From Octopus sinensis (taxonomy: Eukaryota): a stretch of DNA of 64,000 nucleotides. The position numbers and the translations under genes were made by a program. This document shows, one piece after another, positions 27,258 to 41,075 of the stretch. How positions within the stretch are numbered: position 1 is the first letter of the stretch; every line of letters begins with the position of its first letter. Below the pieces are notes generated by a model. The model worked only from the letters and a program-made list of their open reading frames with translations. It was not told the origin of the DNA and made no database searches. Location: positions 74,276,001 through 74,340,000 of the forward strand of contig NC_043003.1 in the NCBI RefSeq assembly GCF_006345805.1. Reading direction: 5' to 3'.

Positions 27258-27366
27258 GAGACCTGAAGAGTGGTTATGTATCATTGGATAGAAGAAATAT
27301 CAAGTTTTGAGATTATCGATTTTTATATTGACAATTAGAATACAACGTCACGAAACGCGCGTTGTT
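27258..27366 (+). ncRNA. Putative type I hammerhead ribozyme with long stem II
   Basis: CTGAAGA at 27263-27269; gtg...cac closes an imperfect ~80-nt hairpin; GAAA at 27352-27355; palindromic acgcgcgt stem III. Confidence 0.5.
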
Positions 27367-27526
27367 GTTTTAATGTGTGTTATTTAGTATAGAAATATAT
27401 ATATATATATTTTCCAGAATGAGACAAAACACAAGGGGTATGAACATTTTAGAACATTTAATATGGAAGGTCTTACAAACATATATATCTGTATACACAC
27501 ACACAACACACACACACACACACAAC

Positions 27527-27557
<31 letters not shown>

Positions 27558-27586
27558 TATATATATATATACATATTCACGATGGT

Positions 27587-27720
27587 GGGTAAGGCCAGAA
27601 GTAAATGTAAGGTAGATCACAATACAAGAAGTATATGAATTAATGTAGTCTACATTAGTTTATATATTTGTGTTCTTTCGATTTGCCTTGCATTTACTTG
27701 CTATTAATCTGGTCTTACCC
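27587..27720 (+). repeat. Imperfect 134-bp palindrome (hairpin)
   Basis: Three paired blocks: gggtaaggccaga/tctggtcttaccc, agtaaatgtaaggtagatc/gatttgccttgcatttact, aagtatatgaattaatgtag/ctacattagtttatatattt. Confidence 0.85.
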
Positions 27721-28721
27721 TCGATTATTTATACAAACATACATTATTAAAGAGGTAGCACGTTCCATCTGAGTTAAGAACATAGCTCCAAGGAACCTAG
27801 ATTCGGAGACAACTAAAAATCTCATTTCGCACCCAATACATCCTCACGTCGCAAACAGTTGGTAATGGCTAACAGGCTATCAAAAATTGGCTCTCCACTA
27901 ATTATGGAATACATGAAATAATTCTGAAGTTCAATTATAGCTCACAATAATAACATTCCACACAGCAAGCATGTCACTATTATTCAAATTGAAATTCATG
28001 CTTCCAAACACTACGGATCAAATCTCATGCACTTGTTCGCTTTAATAATGCTCCCAACTATCAAAAACATTTCTCTACGGTCACTATCATGCATCCAATA
28101 TTCTTTAAACTCTGCAATTGAAAGTAGTGGATACAGAGAGACTGTATAACCATGGAAGATAAATTGGAAGAACTCATGTCAAAATGACGCTTTCACGACA
28201 AAGCGTAAATTATTTCATTCGAATGATTTTGATTATCCCCTCAGACGTGCTAGGTCTATTTATTTGTGTACAATTTCTAGGACTTTTTTCTTGCAGAACT
28301 GTCTTTCGCGGTGCTGGATCTCAACTGAACAGAATATATCACACCAACAACAGTTAGCTAACAGTTGTATGCTCACATGTTCGTCCAAATGTTCACCATT
28401 TCATCAGAATGCCTTAACACGGAACATGAAATAGTTTTTGTGTGAGAACTATTACAAGGAAATGACATTTCTATAACAGTTGCATATGTTTGTATATGGT
28501 CGATCAACAAAGATTTGCAAGAAAATCTATGAAGCAGATAGTATCCTCATATGTCAAGCATTTTTGAAAAACTCAGTAACCAGAAAAGCACTGCGTGTCC
28601 TTCCTGGCAAAGGAAAAGAGCTGGACATTCTTCAGGTTAGTGAAACTGTTCCTATAAATAATTAGTAAGTGATCAAATTAAATTCAGAAGTCAGCAATGT
28701 TCGGAACTGGGCCTTTGTAAC

Positions 28722-28945
28722 ACATATTCCGTCATCTATCTCTCTTTCTTTTTTCTTTCCTTACGCTAAGTATCCTTTCTAACCCTATTCGTTACTTTGA
28801 TAGCGTCCTTAAACAATGCGTTTCTCTTCTCCTTCTTTACTTCCCTCTTTCTTTCGCTAGCTGTTACGTTCAGGATTTTTCTTCTTTCCTTTTCCTTCCC
28901 TCTCCCTACGTTTAAAATATGCTTCTTATATCTTCCTATATCCTG
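28722..28945 (-). repeat. Diverged inverted copy of the purine-rich repeat at 31240-31460 and 31900-32120
   Basis: atattccgtcatctatctctc...gctagctgttacgttcaggatt is the reverse complement of aatcctgaacgtaacatctagcg...gatagatgacggaatat. Confidence 0.8.
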
Positions 28946-29084
28946 TAACTATGTGCATGCATCTGTGCATTTTGATGTAATTATGCATATTATAATATAG
29001 TCTAGTATGGGTGTATACTGTTGTAAAATATTTATGCAATGCTACGTGAAAATTTAAATTTTAATATATTAATTGACTTTTTTT

Positions 29085-29480
29085 TTTATTTACTTGTTTC
29101 AGTCATTTGACTGCGTTAATGCTGGAGCACCGCCTTTAATCGAGCAACTCGACCCTGGGACTTATGCTTTTGTAAGCCCAGTACTTATTCTATCTGTTTC
29201 TTTTGCCGAAACGCTAAGTTACGCGGACGTAAACACACCGGCATCGGTTGTCAAGCGATGTTGGCGGGACAAACACAGATACACAAACACACATGCATAT
29301 ATATATACATATATATACAGTCTTCTTTTCAGTTTCTGTCTACCAAATCCACTCACAAGGCTTTGGTCGGCCCGAGGCTATAGTAGAAGACACTTGCCCA
29401 TGGTGCCACGTAGTGGGACTGAGCCCGGAATCATGTGGTTAGTAAGCAAGCTACTTACCACACAGCCTCTCCTGTGCCTA
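29085..29480 (-). mobile_element. Full-length tRNA/CORE-type SINE
   Basis: Head (reverse complement of cttaccacacagcc), core, internal microsatellite, tail gcagtcaaatgactgaaacaagtaaa. Confidence 0.9.
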
Positions 29481-29880
29481 TATTTTATATATAATTATTT
29501 ACAATATGTAATTTGATTCTACCCTCCGATTTAAGATCTTCTTCGATTTTACATTTGGATGGATTTATATTGAATTCATTGATTTTGTTCATTGCATGCT
29601 TGAGACCGTTAATTGAAAGGCCAATAAAACAAATCCATGTTTAAAGGTGTATCCATTAACTGGTTTTGATTATATCGTTATTTCTGTTCCATTTTAACAA
29701 AACTGTCCGACGAACGGGAAACTCAGTGTAACAGATTTCGTTATATTTCTGCTGCTTTTAATAAAGCATATTACTCTTCGTCTGGTGTTTGATTACTGTT
29801 TTTCAACCTTGTTTCACATTTAAGTGCTTATTCCGGTATACATATATACATGCATACATACACACACACACACACACACA

Positions 29881-29917
<37 letters not shown>

Positions 29918-29944
29918 AATATATATTTATATGCAATATAAATA

Positions 29945-29989
<45 letters not shown>

Positions 29990-29994
29990 AATAC

Positions 29995-30051
<57 letters not shown>

Positions 30052-30053
<2 letters not shown>

Positions 30054-30595
30054 GCCCTGATGCAGTACCAGGCAGTGGCTCTCATGGCTTCTGATCTTAA
30101 ATGATTGGAAGTGTTATCATGTACATTGTTTTGTCTTGGTATAAAAGATGGGCTACAGCAAATATTCTGCTCAATACCACAGATTTGCTTGTCAGTTGTT
30201 TGACCTTAACCAGTTGAGCATGTCCCTTAGTGGCTGACGATATGTGCATCTCTGATCACGAGCAGAAGTAGTGGGGGAGCATCATAGCCATGTGTTGAGA
30301 GGGATACTTTGGGGTTTGAATAATTCACCTCTGGAAACATGGGTGGTTCTTTCAACATCCTTAAACAACCCTTATTCAGGGACCTTTTGAGCAGGATGGG
30401 CTACTCAACCTGAAGAAAATTCTAACTGGGCCCCACCTGCAAAGTCATGTGCTGTTTATCTTGATATGAGATCACCATGGTTGTGATGCATGTGCCTGGT
30501 GTACCCTTATCAGACGGGTAGTCATGATGGGTATATTGGGCTTCGTATATTTTACCCCAGTGTCACTTTGATGGCATGCACTGCTGTCTCACTCA
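30052..30595 (+). mobile_element. Interspersed repeat inserted in an (AAT)n microsatellite
   Basis: Flanked by (AAT)n on both sides; partial copies at 376-1063 and 51977-52090. Confidence 0.8.
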
Positions 30596-30763
30596 ATAAT
30601 AATAATAATAAATCACTGAGCGAGGTATAAACAGTAGCTGCACGACATCGTGAATTATATTTGTCACTTAAATGTGGTTAAACCTTAAGGGTGGATGCTT
30701 CTGTAGCTTGTAGCCCGAGGAGGACACCTCCTCCGGTTGGCTACTGAGACACATTTTGTGTCC

Positions 30764-30863
<100 letters not shown>

Positions 30864-30968
30864 TATATATATTATATATATGTATATATATGTATATATG
30901 TATATATATATATATTATATATATATATATATAATATATATATATATATATAATATATATTATATGCA

Positions 30969-30997
<29 letters not shown>

Positions 30998-31010
<13 letters not shown>

Positions 31011-31498
31011 CATCTATCTATAAGTATATATATATACATATAAATGTATATATACATATATATATTGTGAGAATTTACAAAAAAAAAAGACAAAGACTGG
31101 TGTGTAAACAACAAACACATGTCTTAGTTTAACACTCGGGAATGAAAAATATTTTACGTTTCGAGCCTAGGATACTGGACAGAAAGGAATACAGAAATAA
31201 ACATGATACATATTCATGAATATAAACGTCAGTTTTATAGCACACAAGATATAGGAAGTATATTTTAGACGTAAGGAGGGGGAAAGAAAATGAAAGAATA
31301 AGAATCCTGAACGTAACATCTAGCGAAAGAAAGAGGAAGTAAAGGGCAGAGAAGAGAAACACATTGTTTAAGGACACTATCAAAGTAACAAAGAGGGAGA
31401 TATCGGATATTTTGCGTAAGGAAGGAAAAAGAAAGAGAGATAGATGACGGAATATCTGAAACAAAAACGTACACAAATTAAATTACATATATATATAT

Positions 31499-31549
<51 letters not shown>

Positions 31550-31623
31550 GTATATATGTATATATATATATTCATATATATACTTATATCTAATATGGAC
31601 ATACATATATATAACATATACGC

Positions 31624-31672
<49 letters not shown>

Positions 31673-32155
31673 CATCTATCTATAAGTATATATATATACA
31701 TATAAATGTATATATACATATATATATTGTGAGAATTTACAAAAAAAAAAGACAAAGACTGGTGTGTAAACAACAAACACATGTCTTAGTTTAACACTCG
31801 GGAATGAAAAATATTTTACGTTTCGAGCCTAGGATACTGGACAGAAAGGAATACAGAAATAAACATGATACATATTCATGAATATAAACGTCAGTTATAG
31901 CACACAAGATATAGGAAGTATATTTTAGACGTAAGGAGGGGGAAAGAAAATGAAAGAATAAGAATCCTGAACGTAACATCTAGCGAAAGAAAGAGGAAGT
32001 AAAGGGCAGAGAAGAGAAACACATTGTTTAAGGACACTATCAAAGTAACAAAGAGGGAGATATCGGATATTTTGCGTAAGGAAGGGAAAAAGAAAGAGAG
32101 ATAGATGACGGAATATCTGAAACAAAAACGTACACAAATTAAATTACATATATAT
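30998..32155. repeat. Tandem duplication with ~660-bp period, bounded by (TA)n
   Basis: 30998-31490 is nearly identical to 31660-32150. Confidence 0.9.
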
Positions 32156-32451
32156 ATATATTTGTATGTACATATATATATATATTATATATATATAATA
32201 TATATATATAATATATATGATGTATATATATATGTCTGTATATTTATATGTATATATATTATATATATAATATATATTATATATATTATATATATATATA
32301 TGTAAGTATATCTATACGTATATATATATGCATGTGTGTAATATATATGTATATATATAGGCATATATATATATATATAAATTATGTAGGTAAACTATAT
32401 TTAAAATATTCAATCATAAATCTCCATTAAATGTGTCCTATTTGAAATCCG

Positions 32452-32647
32452 ATAGATCTATCATTTTAATAAATTTTAATTAGTTTTACTTGACGATGAA
32501 ATTAACAGCAATTTTAGCCAAACATATTATGCAACACTAATAATACATAAAAAAAACATAGAAAGAAACAAGCTCTTGTCTTTTTATAATTTTTTCAAAC
32601 ATTATGATGGTATGATGTTAGGCGTTTCGAATATTTTGTGCAACCCT

Positions 32648-32698
<51 letters not shown>

Positions 32699-32860
32699 TA
32701 CCATCATAAGTTTTTAAAAATTTATAAAACGACAAGAGCTTGTTTCTTTTTATGTTTTTTTGATGTATTATTAGTGTTGCTTAATATGTTTTGCTAAAAT
32801 TGCTGTTAATTTCATCGTCAAGAAAAAGTAATTAAATTTTATTAAAATGATAGATCTATC
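32452..32860. mobile_element. Foldback of two Tc1 left-end fragments around (TA)n
   Basis: 32452-32612 is the reverse complement of 32699-32860. Both match 3511-3660, including the TIR (reverse complement tatgcaagggttgcacaaaat). Confidence 0.8.
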
Positions 32861-32861
32861 C

Positions 32862-32957
<96 letters not shown>

Positions 32958-33024
32958 CTCTATCTATCTATCTATCTATCTCTCTCTCTCTATCTCTCTA
33001 TCTATTTATCTATCTATATTTCTT

Positions 33025-33057
<33 letters not shown>

Positions 33058-35153
33058 ATATCTATCTATATATACATGTATGTATATATAGGTATGTATG
33101 TATATGTGTATATACAGATGTATAACATCCTTGAAATTACCTATGGAATGAGAATAAATGCAGGCATATAATATATCTTTGTTTTAGATCTTTTCATTCA
33201 GATTTCTTGGTAACGTTTCGTCTGAATAAATTGGTTAATTGTTCGCAAATATGTAAATTGTTTCTTCCGTGTAATGGAGACCATGTGGGAAGTCAAAATT
33301 TGTACCGAAATTTGAACTTAAAAATTGTTAAAGTCGATAGTTGTGAGTGAGTTTGTGAAGAAATATTTTCGCGATACTTATGCATACGTGTGGATATTTC
33401 CGCATACACATCCCTATCCAAACGTACACGTAAAAAAGTTTTGTACATACATTCTTTTTTACTTATCTCCCCTTATGTTAATCTTGAATTTGTAGATGTA
33501 GAAGAATTCGAAGTGTCGAATGACTATGCTGTTGTAAGGAAGTAAACAATTTAATATTTTGGAAATATTTTGGCATGCCTTATGTATGTGTTACTGATAT
33601 TAAAACAAATATAGCATTTCATTTCATCTTTCTTGGCAGCCTCAGTTCACAGTTACTTGACAACGTATTTTGTAAACCCTTCCATCCACTTAAACAAGTT
33701 TAATAATTCTGAGTTATTATTAACAATTAATGATATGGAAGTGGACATTTTGTACCAGATTTAGTATTTCAAGTATTTATAAATGGTTAGAGAAAAAACA
33801 ATATGCTAATGTCTGCACACATATAAGCAAACGCACGAACACGTATTTACAGACACACGCACCTATTATAATGTTGATCATATAAAGTTCCTCCGATTCA
33901 GTGATGGGAAAATTAAAGAAATCCAACCTAATATATTATTTATCAATATTTATAAGCACAAATGTAACGTTCCCTATTTTCCTTCTTTTTCTTTGTATAC
34001 ACACACACATACATATACACACGCACACAACCACTCACACGTGCACACAGATATGTGAGATCACACATACACACAAGCACACAAGAATAAAATCAAAATC
34101 ATAAGCAATTTAGAAGGGAATATAAAATCATTTCTGATTCAGTACCAGGCGAATAGTTTTGAGGGAACAAATATTAAATAAACCGAACGCCCTTCTTCTA
34201 TGGTACAGTGTGTTATCAACCTAGGGCAGGAAGTCATAAGTTTAAGATTTGGAACGTATATCCCAGGAGAGTGTTTTCAACACATTACTGATTATACGAC
34301 ATAGTCCCTGTGAAGACTAATAAAATAATGAACATCAGAATTTTGCTCATTAATCTATTGTATCTACTGTGTTAGAACGCATGATGACTCCTTATTAACC
34401 ATTCTACTTTTAAGCTCTGAATAGCTAAAACAGCAGATCTTTAACTCGCTCGATAGTAACTTCCTCATAAATTTGACAGCAGGAAATTTCATGGCAGTAA
34501 CAAAAGAAAAACCACACAAAAATAGAATTCTCAGATAATATACGCAACAGCAATCACACATCCGTACGCAAATCTATGTGTATAAGCCAATGCCCTCCAT
34601 CATCTAGGAAAATGCTAATTTTGGTCTGCAGGCCATTGTAATATTCATTTCATGAGAAAATTTATAAACATTTAGTCCATGGCATGAACACTACATGAAC
34701 TTAAGAACAATAAAAATAAATGGTTAAATTCACAGTGTGTGTGTGTGTATGTGTGTGTGTATGTGTGTGTGTGTGTATTCCAAGTGTTATACAAAGAAGA
34801 TTTGCTTTCATACAACATCATTATTCCAATTCAAGTGTAAACAACAAAATGTGCGCAACAAAAACAGCAAGAGAAATGTGCTACTATTTATCCTGCAGTA
34901 ATTTGAAATCATAAATTGCATAATTTTTATGCAATATGAAATAGATTGCATTTGTTCATCAAATTTGTATGCGAATTTATTTATCTTCTCTATTCTTCAC
35001 TTAAAATTTAATATTCATTCTATGAAGATAATAACAGACCTTATACATGTCTTGAATTGACTCTTGGAATTAACTCTTGGAATTATGTGTGTAGATGTGT
35101 TAGCAAGCTGAAACACAATAACACTTACACCAATGCGCGCACAAAACGCACAT

Positions 35154-35182
<29 letters not shown>

Positions 35183-35188
<6 letters not shown>

Positions 35189-36040
35189 AAAAAAGGTTTG
35201 AAAATGCAATTTAAACGATGTTTTATTACTTACCGGTTTCACTCTTCTTTGGTAAAAGATTGTCAAAAGTTACATTTAAGGAACATTGAATAATATGGGT
35301 TCAAAAAATGTTTTTTACTTAATTGTCACATTGAGTATTATGCATTCAAAAAGGTTTTTACATAATTGTCACATTGAGTATTATGCATTCAAAAAGGTTT
35401 TTACATAATTGTCACATTGAGTATTATGCATTCAAAAAGGTTTTTACATAATTGTCACATTGGATATTATGAATTCAAAAATGTTTTTTTATACATAATT
35501 GTCACATTACATGTATAGATATAGTGTTTGGTAACAGAGAAGTTCAATAGTGTGATGAGAATGTTTGGGAAAATTTGGCAGAAAAGGATAAAACAAATAT
35601 ATTATTGGGAATTGGTTGCGTTAATTATTGGTTGTCGCAAATTGTCACATTACATGTATATATATACAATCTTCGGTATATATATACAGCCTTTTGACAG
35701 CAAAAATTAGAATGGCTTTTTTATACATCTCAGAATATTTTAAGTACAAGGCGAGAATATGTTTTTACTGACCTGTTGGGATTAGCAGAAAGGCTGAACT
35801 GAGAGAACAGAGGAAGTAGCCAATGTGGTGTATACTTCCCCTTTATGCATGAATGATTTTGGGGTTATCAGGAGGTTAGTATGCGGGTGTGAATAGATGT
35901 GTTCGTGCCCGCTGGTCAGATAGCGTCTGTTTGTCACACACATATATACACACACACACCACACACAACAACACACACACACACACACATAGTAAACAAA
36001 CACACACCACATACAAACAACACACACACACACAGAACAC
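35183..36040 (+). repeat. ~850-bp duplication, copy 1 (copy 2 at 41080-41950), containing a 43-bp minisatellite
   Basis: Same sequence from tataagaaaaaaggtttgaaaatgc onward. Unit cataattgtcacattgagtattatgcattcaaaaaggttttta at 35361, 35404 and 35447. Confidence 0.9.
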
Positions 36041-37260
36041 ACCACACACACCAACAAACGCACCCACATATATCACATATACACACAGCACACATATAAT
36101 ATGTATCTATATATAATACACAGATATATAACACACATACACACACAACACACACACACACACACACACACAACACACGCACACATACATACATAATATA
36201 AATATCACACAAATACACCTAGCATATATATACACACATACAATATACACATACAGCATGTAAGCAATATACATACACAATATATGCATGCAATATACAT
36301 ACGCAGCACATACATATAATATATATATATAGACAATGCATATACATATATACACATATACATATAATAGTGTTTACATACACATACATAGATGTACCAC
36401 ATATACCCACAATACACATACATACAACGCATACACATACACGTACGCATACATATAATGTATATATACACACACACACACATAACATACATACACAATG
36501 TATACATATATATACACGCAATGCACATACCTGTATTCACGCATATATAGCACACCTACAATATACATATATACACTGCACACTACACACACACATATAT
36601 ACACTTAATTGTACACATACATATACAATACACATACATACAATATACATATACACAATGCGCATGCAAATAATGTACATGTTTATACACACATAAACAA
36701 GCAAATAATATACCACACACACACATACACACATACAAATATATATATACATATATATTATATATATACACACATACATACATACATACATGCACATACT
36801 AATATTTTTTCACACACATACACATACATATATATATATAAAAAATTCACCCCCCCCACACACACACAAACAAAGTACTAACATATACACACATACCATG
36901 CATATACCACACAACACCATACACACATATATATATATATATATATATATTTAAAAACAAATACACATGTAAATATATACAACGTACATAATGCTCACAC
37001 ACACACATACACACACACCCGTACACAGTGCACACACACACATATATACACACGTGCACACACACATACACACAACGTGCGCGCACGCACACACATACAC
37101 ACACACGCACACAGTGCACACACACCCCCACACATATATATATACACACCGCGCACACACACACACCACACACGTGCACACACACACACAACACACACAC
37201 ACCCACACACCACACAACACTCACACACATACATCACCTACATATATATAATGCATGCGT
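35935..37260. repeat. Degenerate CA/TA low-complexity tract
   Basis: Direct inspection; source of the HT/CV ORFs. Confidence 0.9.
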
Positions 37261-37299
37261 GTTGCATGCCACGTATGTGTGTGGTCAATGCCCGCTAGT

Positions 37300-40200
37300 G
37301 TGTCCTATGCGTGCCGATGCGCGCATGTGCCCGCCCGCACGATGCTGTGAGCGTGCGCGCGTCCCTGTGTGTTTGCTCTGGATGTGTTTCAGGGGGTATG
37401 TTAGAGTATGTTTAGTTGTGGTCTGTATTTTTGAATAAGATTACTTTCCTTATTTATTCGTGTTTGGTCTGTGGTGTTGTCCGAGCATGGTATAGTGGGA
37501 AGACTAAGAATTTGGGGGACTTATTGTGTGCACAAAGGTCTAAGTGTCCACTTAGTGGTATCTGTCTTGTGGAGGGGTCCCTCAGTTGTTGTCGGTGAAC
37601 TGTCATTCTGTCTCTGAGGGTAAGGCTCGTTTGCCCTATGTAATCTTCATGGCATCCTTCACACCTTATGACGTAGAGTAAATTTTTTGATGCGCACGTG
37701 AAATTATTTTTTATGATGAATGTGTGTCCCGAGTGGAACTTGTACGATGATCCCTCAATGAGGTGGATGCAGGTCTTGCATGTGGGGCGACCACATTTTA
37801 TGATGGTGGGCGGTGGGTTTGTGTTGTGTAATTTTGCGTTGGTGAGGAGGTTTTTTAGGGATTTAGGTTGTCTCTTACTTTTTATTATTTTATGAGCTGC
37901 CAGTATTTTTTTCAGGCGTGGGTCTTGATTTAGTTGTGGAATGTTGTTGTATATAATAGTGTAAGCTTCTGCATTCCTTGGGTTGTGTGTTGAGAGATAA
38001 GGGAGGCTATTGACTGTACTGTGGATGTGTTTGGGTTTTCGAAGGTCTTGAATGTTGATTGATTTGGCCCGTTCTATTCCGTTGTCTACTAGTAGTGCAT
38101 GCCGTAATGTCTTTCGAGAAGAATTGCCCTTAGTTCCCGGAGTCTTCTATTTCGTGTTGTGTCATTTGAGACAATAGTGCAGATTCTTCTCGCTAGGTTG
38201 AAGGGGATATTTGTCTTTGTGTGTTTTGGGTGATTGGAGGTGAATAGAAGGTATTGTTTAGAGTCAGTGGGTTTGTAATGGATGTCAGTTTCAATGTTGA
38301 CGCCTTTTTTAATGATTAGGATGTCAAGAAAAGGGAGTTGGTCCTGACTATATTCCATTGTGAATTGAATGTTGTTATTTACACTGTTGATAAGGTTTTT
38401 GAAGTCTATAAGTTGGTCGAGTGTGTGGGACCATAGGATGAGGCAATCATCTAAGTAGCGTTTCCAGTTCTCCAACAGGTTTTGTGGAAAGACTGGCCGT
38501 ACTTATATTTGGATTTTTCATAGATATGTGATTCCAGGTAGGCCATCACCAGGTTTGCATAGGTAGGTGCAACTTTCGTACCCCTTGCAGTACCTGAGAC
38601 CTGTCTGTAAGTGTTGTTGTGGAAATACATGAAGTTGTTTTGCAGAATAAATTTGAGGCCCTCAATTATGAATTCTTTTTTAATTCTTTCCGGGATCTCA
38701 TTGGGATATTTATCCAGCCAGAATTTAATGGCTTCCAGTCCAAATTCATGTGGGATTGTGGTGTAAAGATTAATAACATCAAAAGAAACGATTAAGGTGT
38801 CTTTATCGGCATGTTTGGGGAGATGGTTTAATAGGTCCAGGTCATCTCTTACAATACTTGGAATGTGTTTTCAGTATTGGCTTTAAGATGATATCTATAA
38901 AGTTGCTAAGTCTGTGTGTTTCACACAACTTGGGCCTGCCACTATTGGTCTCAGTTTGAGATCAGTGGGATGTGGTATAGTGATGCAGGTTGAAGTGGAC
39001 TTTTTGCAAGCTTCTGTGATAATTTGACTCTTGTGTATTTTTGGAAGCCCATAGAGTGTGCTGGTTTTGCAATTAAATTTAGTAATGTAGTCGCATTCCT
39101 TTGCTGTCAAGTCATTCCGGTGTTGGTAAATGAGTGCCTTCAGATTGGTCATTGTTTTGGATTGCTGGTAGTCGACTACTCTTTCGTAGTATGTGGTATC
39201 CTCTAAAAGGAGAGATACAGAGTTTTTATATTGCTCTGTATTCATAACAACGACCGTACTACCCTTATCAGCTTCCTTTATTGTGACGTCATGATTGTCT
39301 CGTAGCGTATGGATGATTTCCCATTCTCTTTTACTGGTGTTGGGTTTCAGTTTAGGTTGTGGGAGTTCACCATAAGGGAAGTTGGAGATGTAATCGCAAA
39401 ATTTGTCTAAGGTTTTGTTTTTGCCTTTTATGGATTATAGTTGCTTTTGTTACAGACCATTGAATCGTCGATATTATTAGTTTTCCTGTCAAAAAATTCC
39501 TCTGTGAGGCGTAATTTTCTGCAGAAGTGCGAGATGTCATCCTGTATTTCCCTCAGGTTAGGGTATTGCGGAGTTGGGGTGAATTTTAGTCCTCTTGAAA
39601 GATTTTTATTTGTGGTGTCGACAGGTTTAGGTTAGAAAGATTCACTATTTTTGGTTTTTCGGGGTTGGTATCTACCATCTGGTCGTGGAAACTGATGCCC
39701 TTGCCTAAAAAAGGAATCCTGGGGGTTCTTCTATTTGTGGTATTTTGCTGTATGTGATTCTGTCCCCCGTTGACATGTCTGTTGAAGAGGTTTTGGTTGT
39801 TGTGATTCTGTCCCCCGTTGCTATGTTGTCTGTTGAGGAGGTTTTGGTTGTTCCAGGGTCTGGGTTGTTGGTGTGGCCTCCTGGAAAAGTTTTGGTTATT
39901 CCAGGGTTTGGGTTGTTTGTCCTGGGTGTAATGTTGGTTCCTTAGAGTGGGTTGGAAACTATATTCATGGTTTAGAAGTGAATCCTATATGTTGGGGGAG
40001 AACTCTGAGTTAGGAGCGGTTTGGGTTGGAATCTACAATCATAGTTCAGAGATGGGTTTCTAAGTGATGGGTAGGATCTCCGAATCTGGAACGGTTCTTG
40101 TGTGGGGTGGGGTCTACGTTGTCTGGTAAAGTTTTGTCGTGTGATGATGGGTGTCTCGGTTCTTTTGATGGGATTGTGGTGCTGTCTGTAAGTTCTGTTG

Positions 40201-41075
40201 TTGTTGTTGTCGATGTTAGGGGTGGTGTGTGTTCGGTGTTTTGTGGTTGGTTTTCTTTGTTTTTGGCGAGGGGTGTGAGTTGAAGTAGATATTTTAAAAT
40301 ATGGGTTGCTAGAAAGGTGTTCCTTTGTGAACTCTGTTTCATAATTGGTGAACCAGCTGTTTTTTTCCATTCGCTGGAGGGATGTTATTTCTTCATCCTC
40401 GCAGTTTTTTCTCCAGAGTTTGGTGGTTTCATCAAGGAGTGCTCCTTCACAGTGTTTTGAGATTTCAATCTGCATTTCATTGTCAAGGGTCTTGGATTTT
40501 TCTTCACTGGCGTTGGCTCTGAGCCGCAAGAGTTCTACTTCCGTCTTGAATTTTTCAAAAGCTAGTTCTCTCCCTGAGGTTTTTTGGTTTTCTGGTTCAT
40601 TTTGGATGGGTTTTATTTGTAGTTTTCTGGGTAGGATGATAGGGGTGGAGTTGAGCCACTTTTCATAAATGTCAGCTTTGTTGTTATTTTTTATGAAATT
40701 CCAGAAGGCAAACTTACGCGCTTTGAGATTTTTACTCCAGGTGTTGTTAAGAGAGCTTTTAATTGAGAAGCGTCTTTATTTGCTCCTGCTTTGGGAGACT
40801 GCCGTCTCTGTGGATTTCATTAGGTTTTGCAGTGTTGGGATGATGTCAGGGATTTGATTGGTTGTTTTGGCCTCCATGAGTCCATTTAGGTATAAGTGCG
40901 ATTGTTCGACATTGTTTATTATGGTTGAAAGTTTCGAGGAGATTTCTTGTAATTCTTTTAGGATATTTTGGTTCATTAAAGATTCTGCTTGTTGTGATTT
41001 AGGTGGCATTTTCGGGACTCGTGTGATGTTTATATATATATAAAAAAGTTGAGTTGTGGGGTATCGCACGAGTGG
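37300..41075 (-). mobile_element. Penelope-like element, Neptune type, near full length with frameshifts
   Basis: IKEADKGSTVVV, LYGLPKIHK, LRPIVAGP, SFDVINLYT, QVSGTARGTKVAPTYANL, WKRYLDD, LPFLDI, YKPTD, HPKHTKTNIP. Cys linker CGRPTCKTC, then GIY-YIG NLLYVIRCEGC..DYIGQT...R...H; stop at ~37402. Confidence 0.95.

Noticed and set aside
33205-33250. Minus-strand GAAACGTT after a weak hairpin
   Set aside because: No CUGANGA box upstream.
35295-35510. Regular 43-bp repeats resembling a CRISPR array
   Set aside because: The units are head-to-tail with no unique spacers, there are no cas genes, and the context is eukaryotic.
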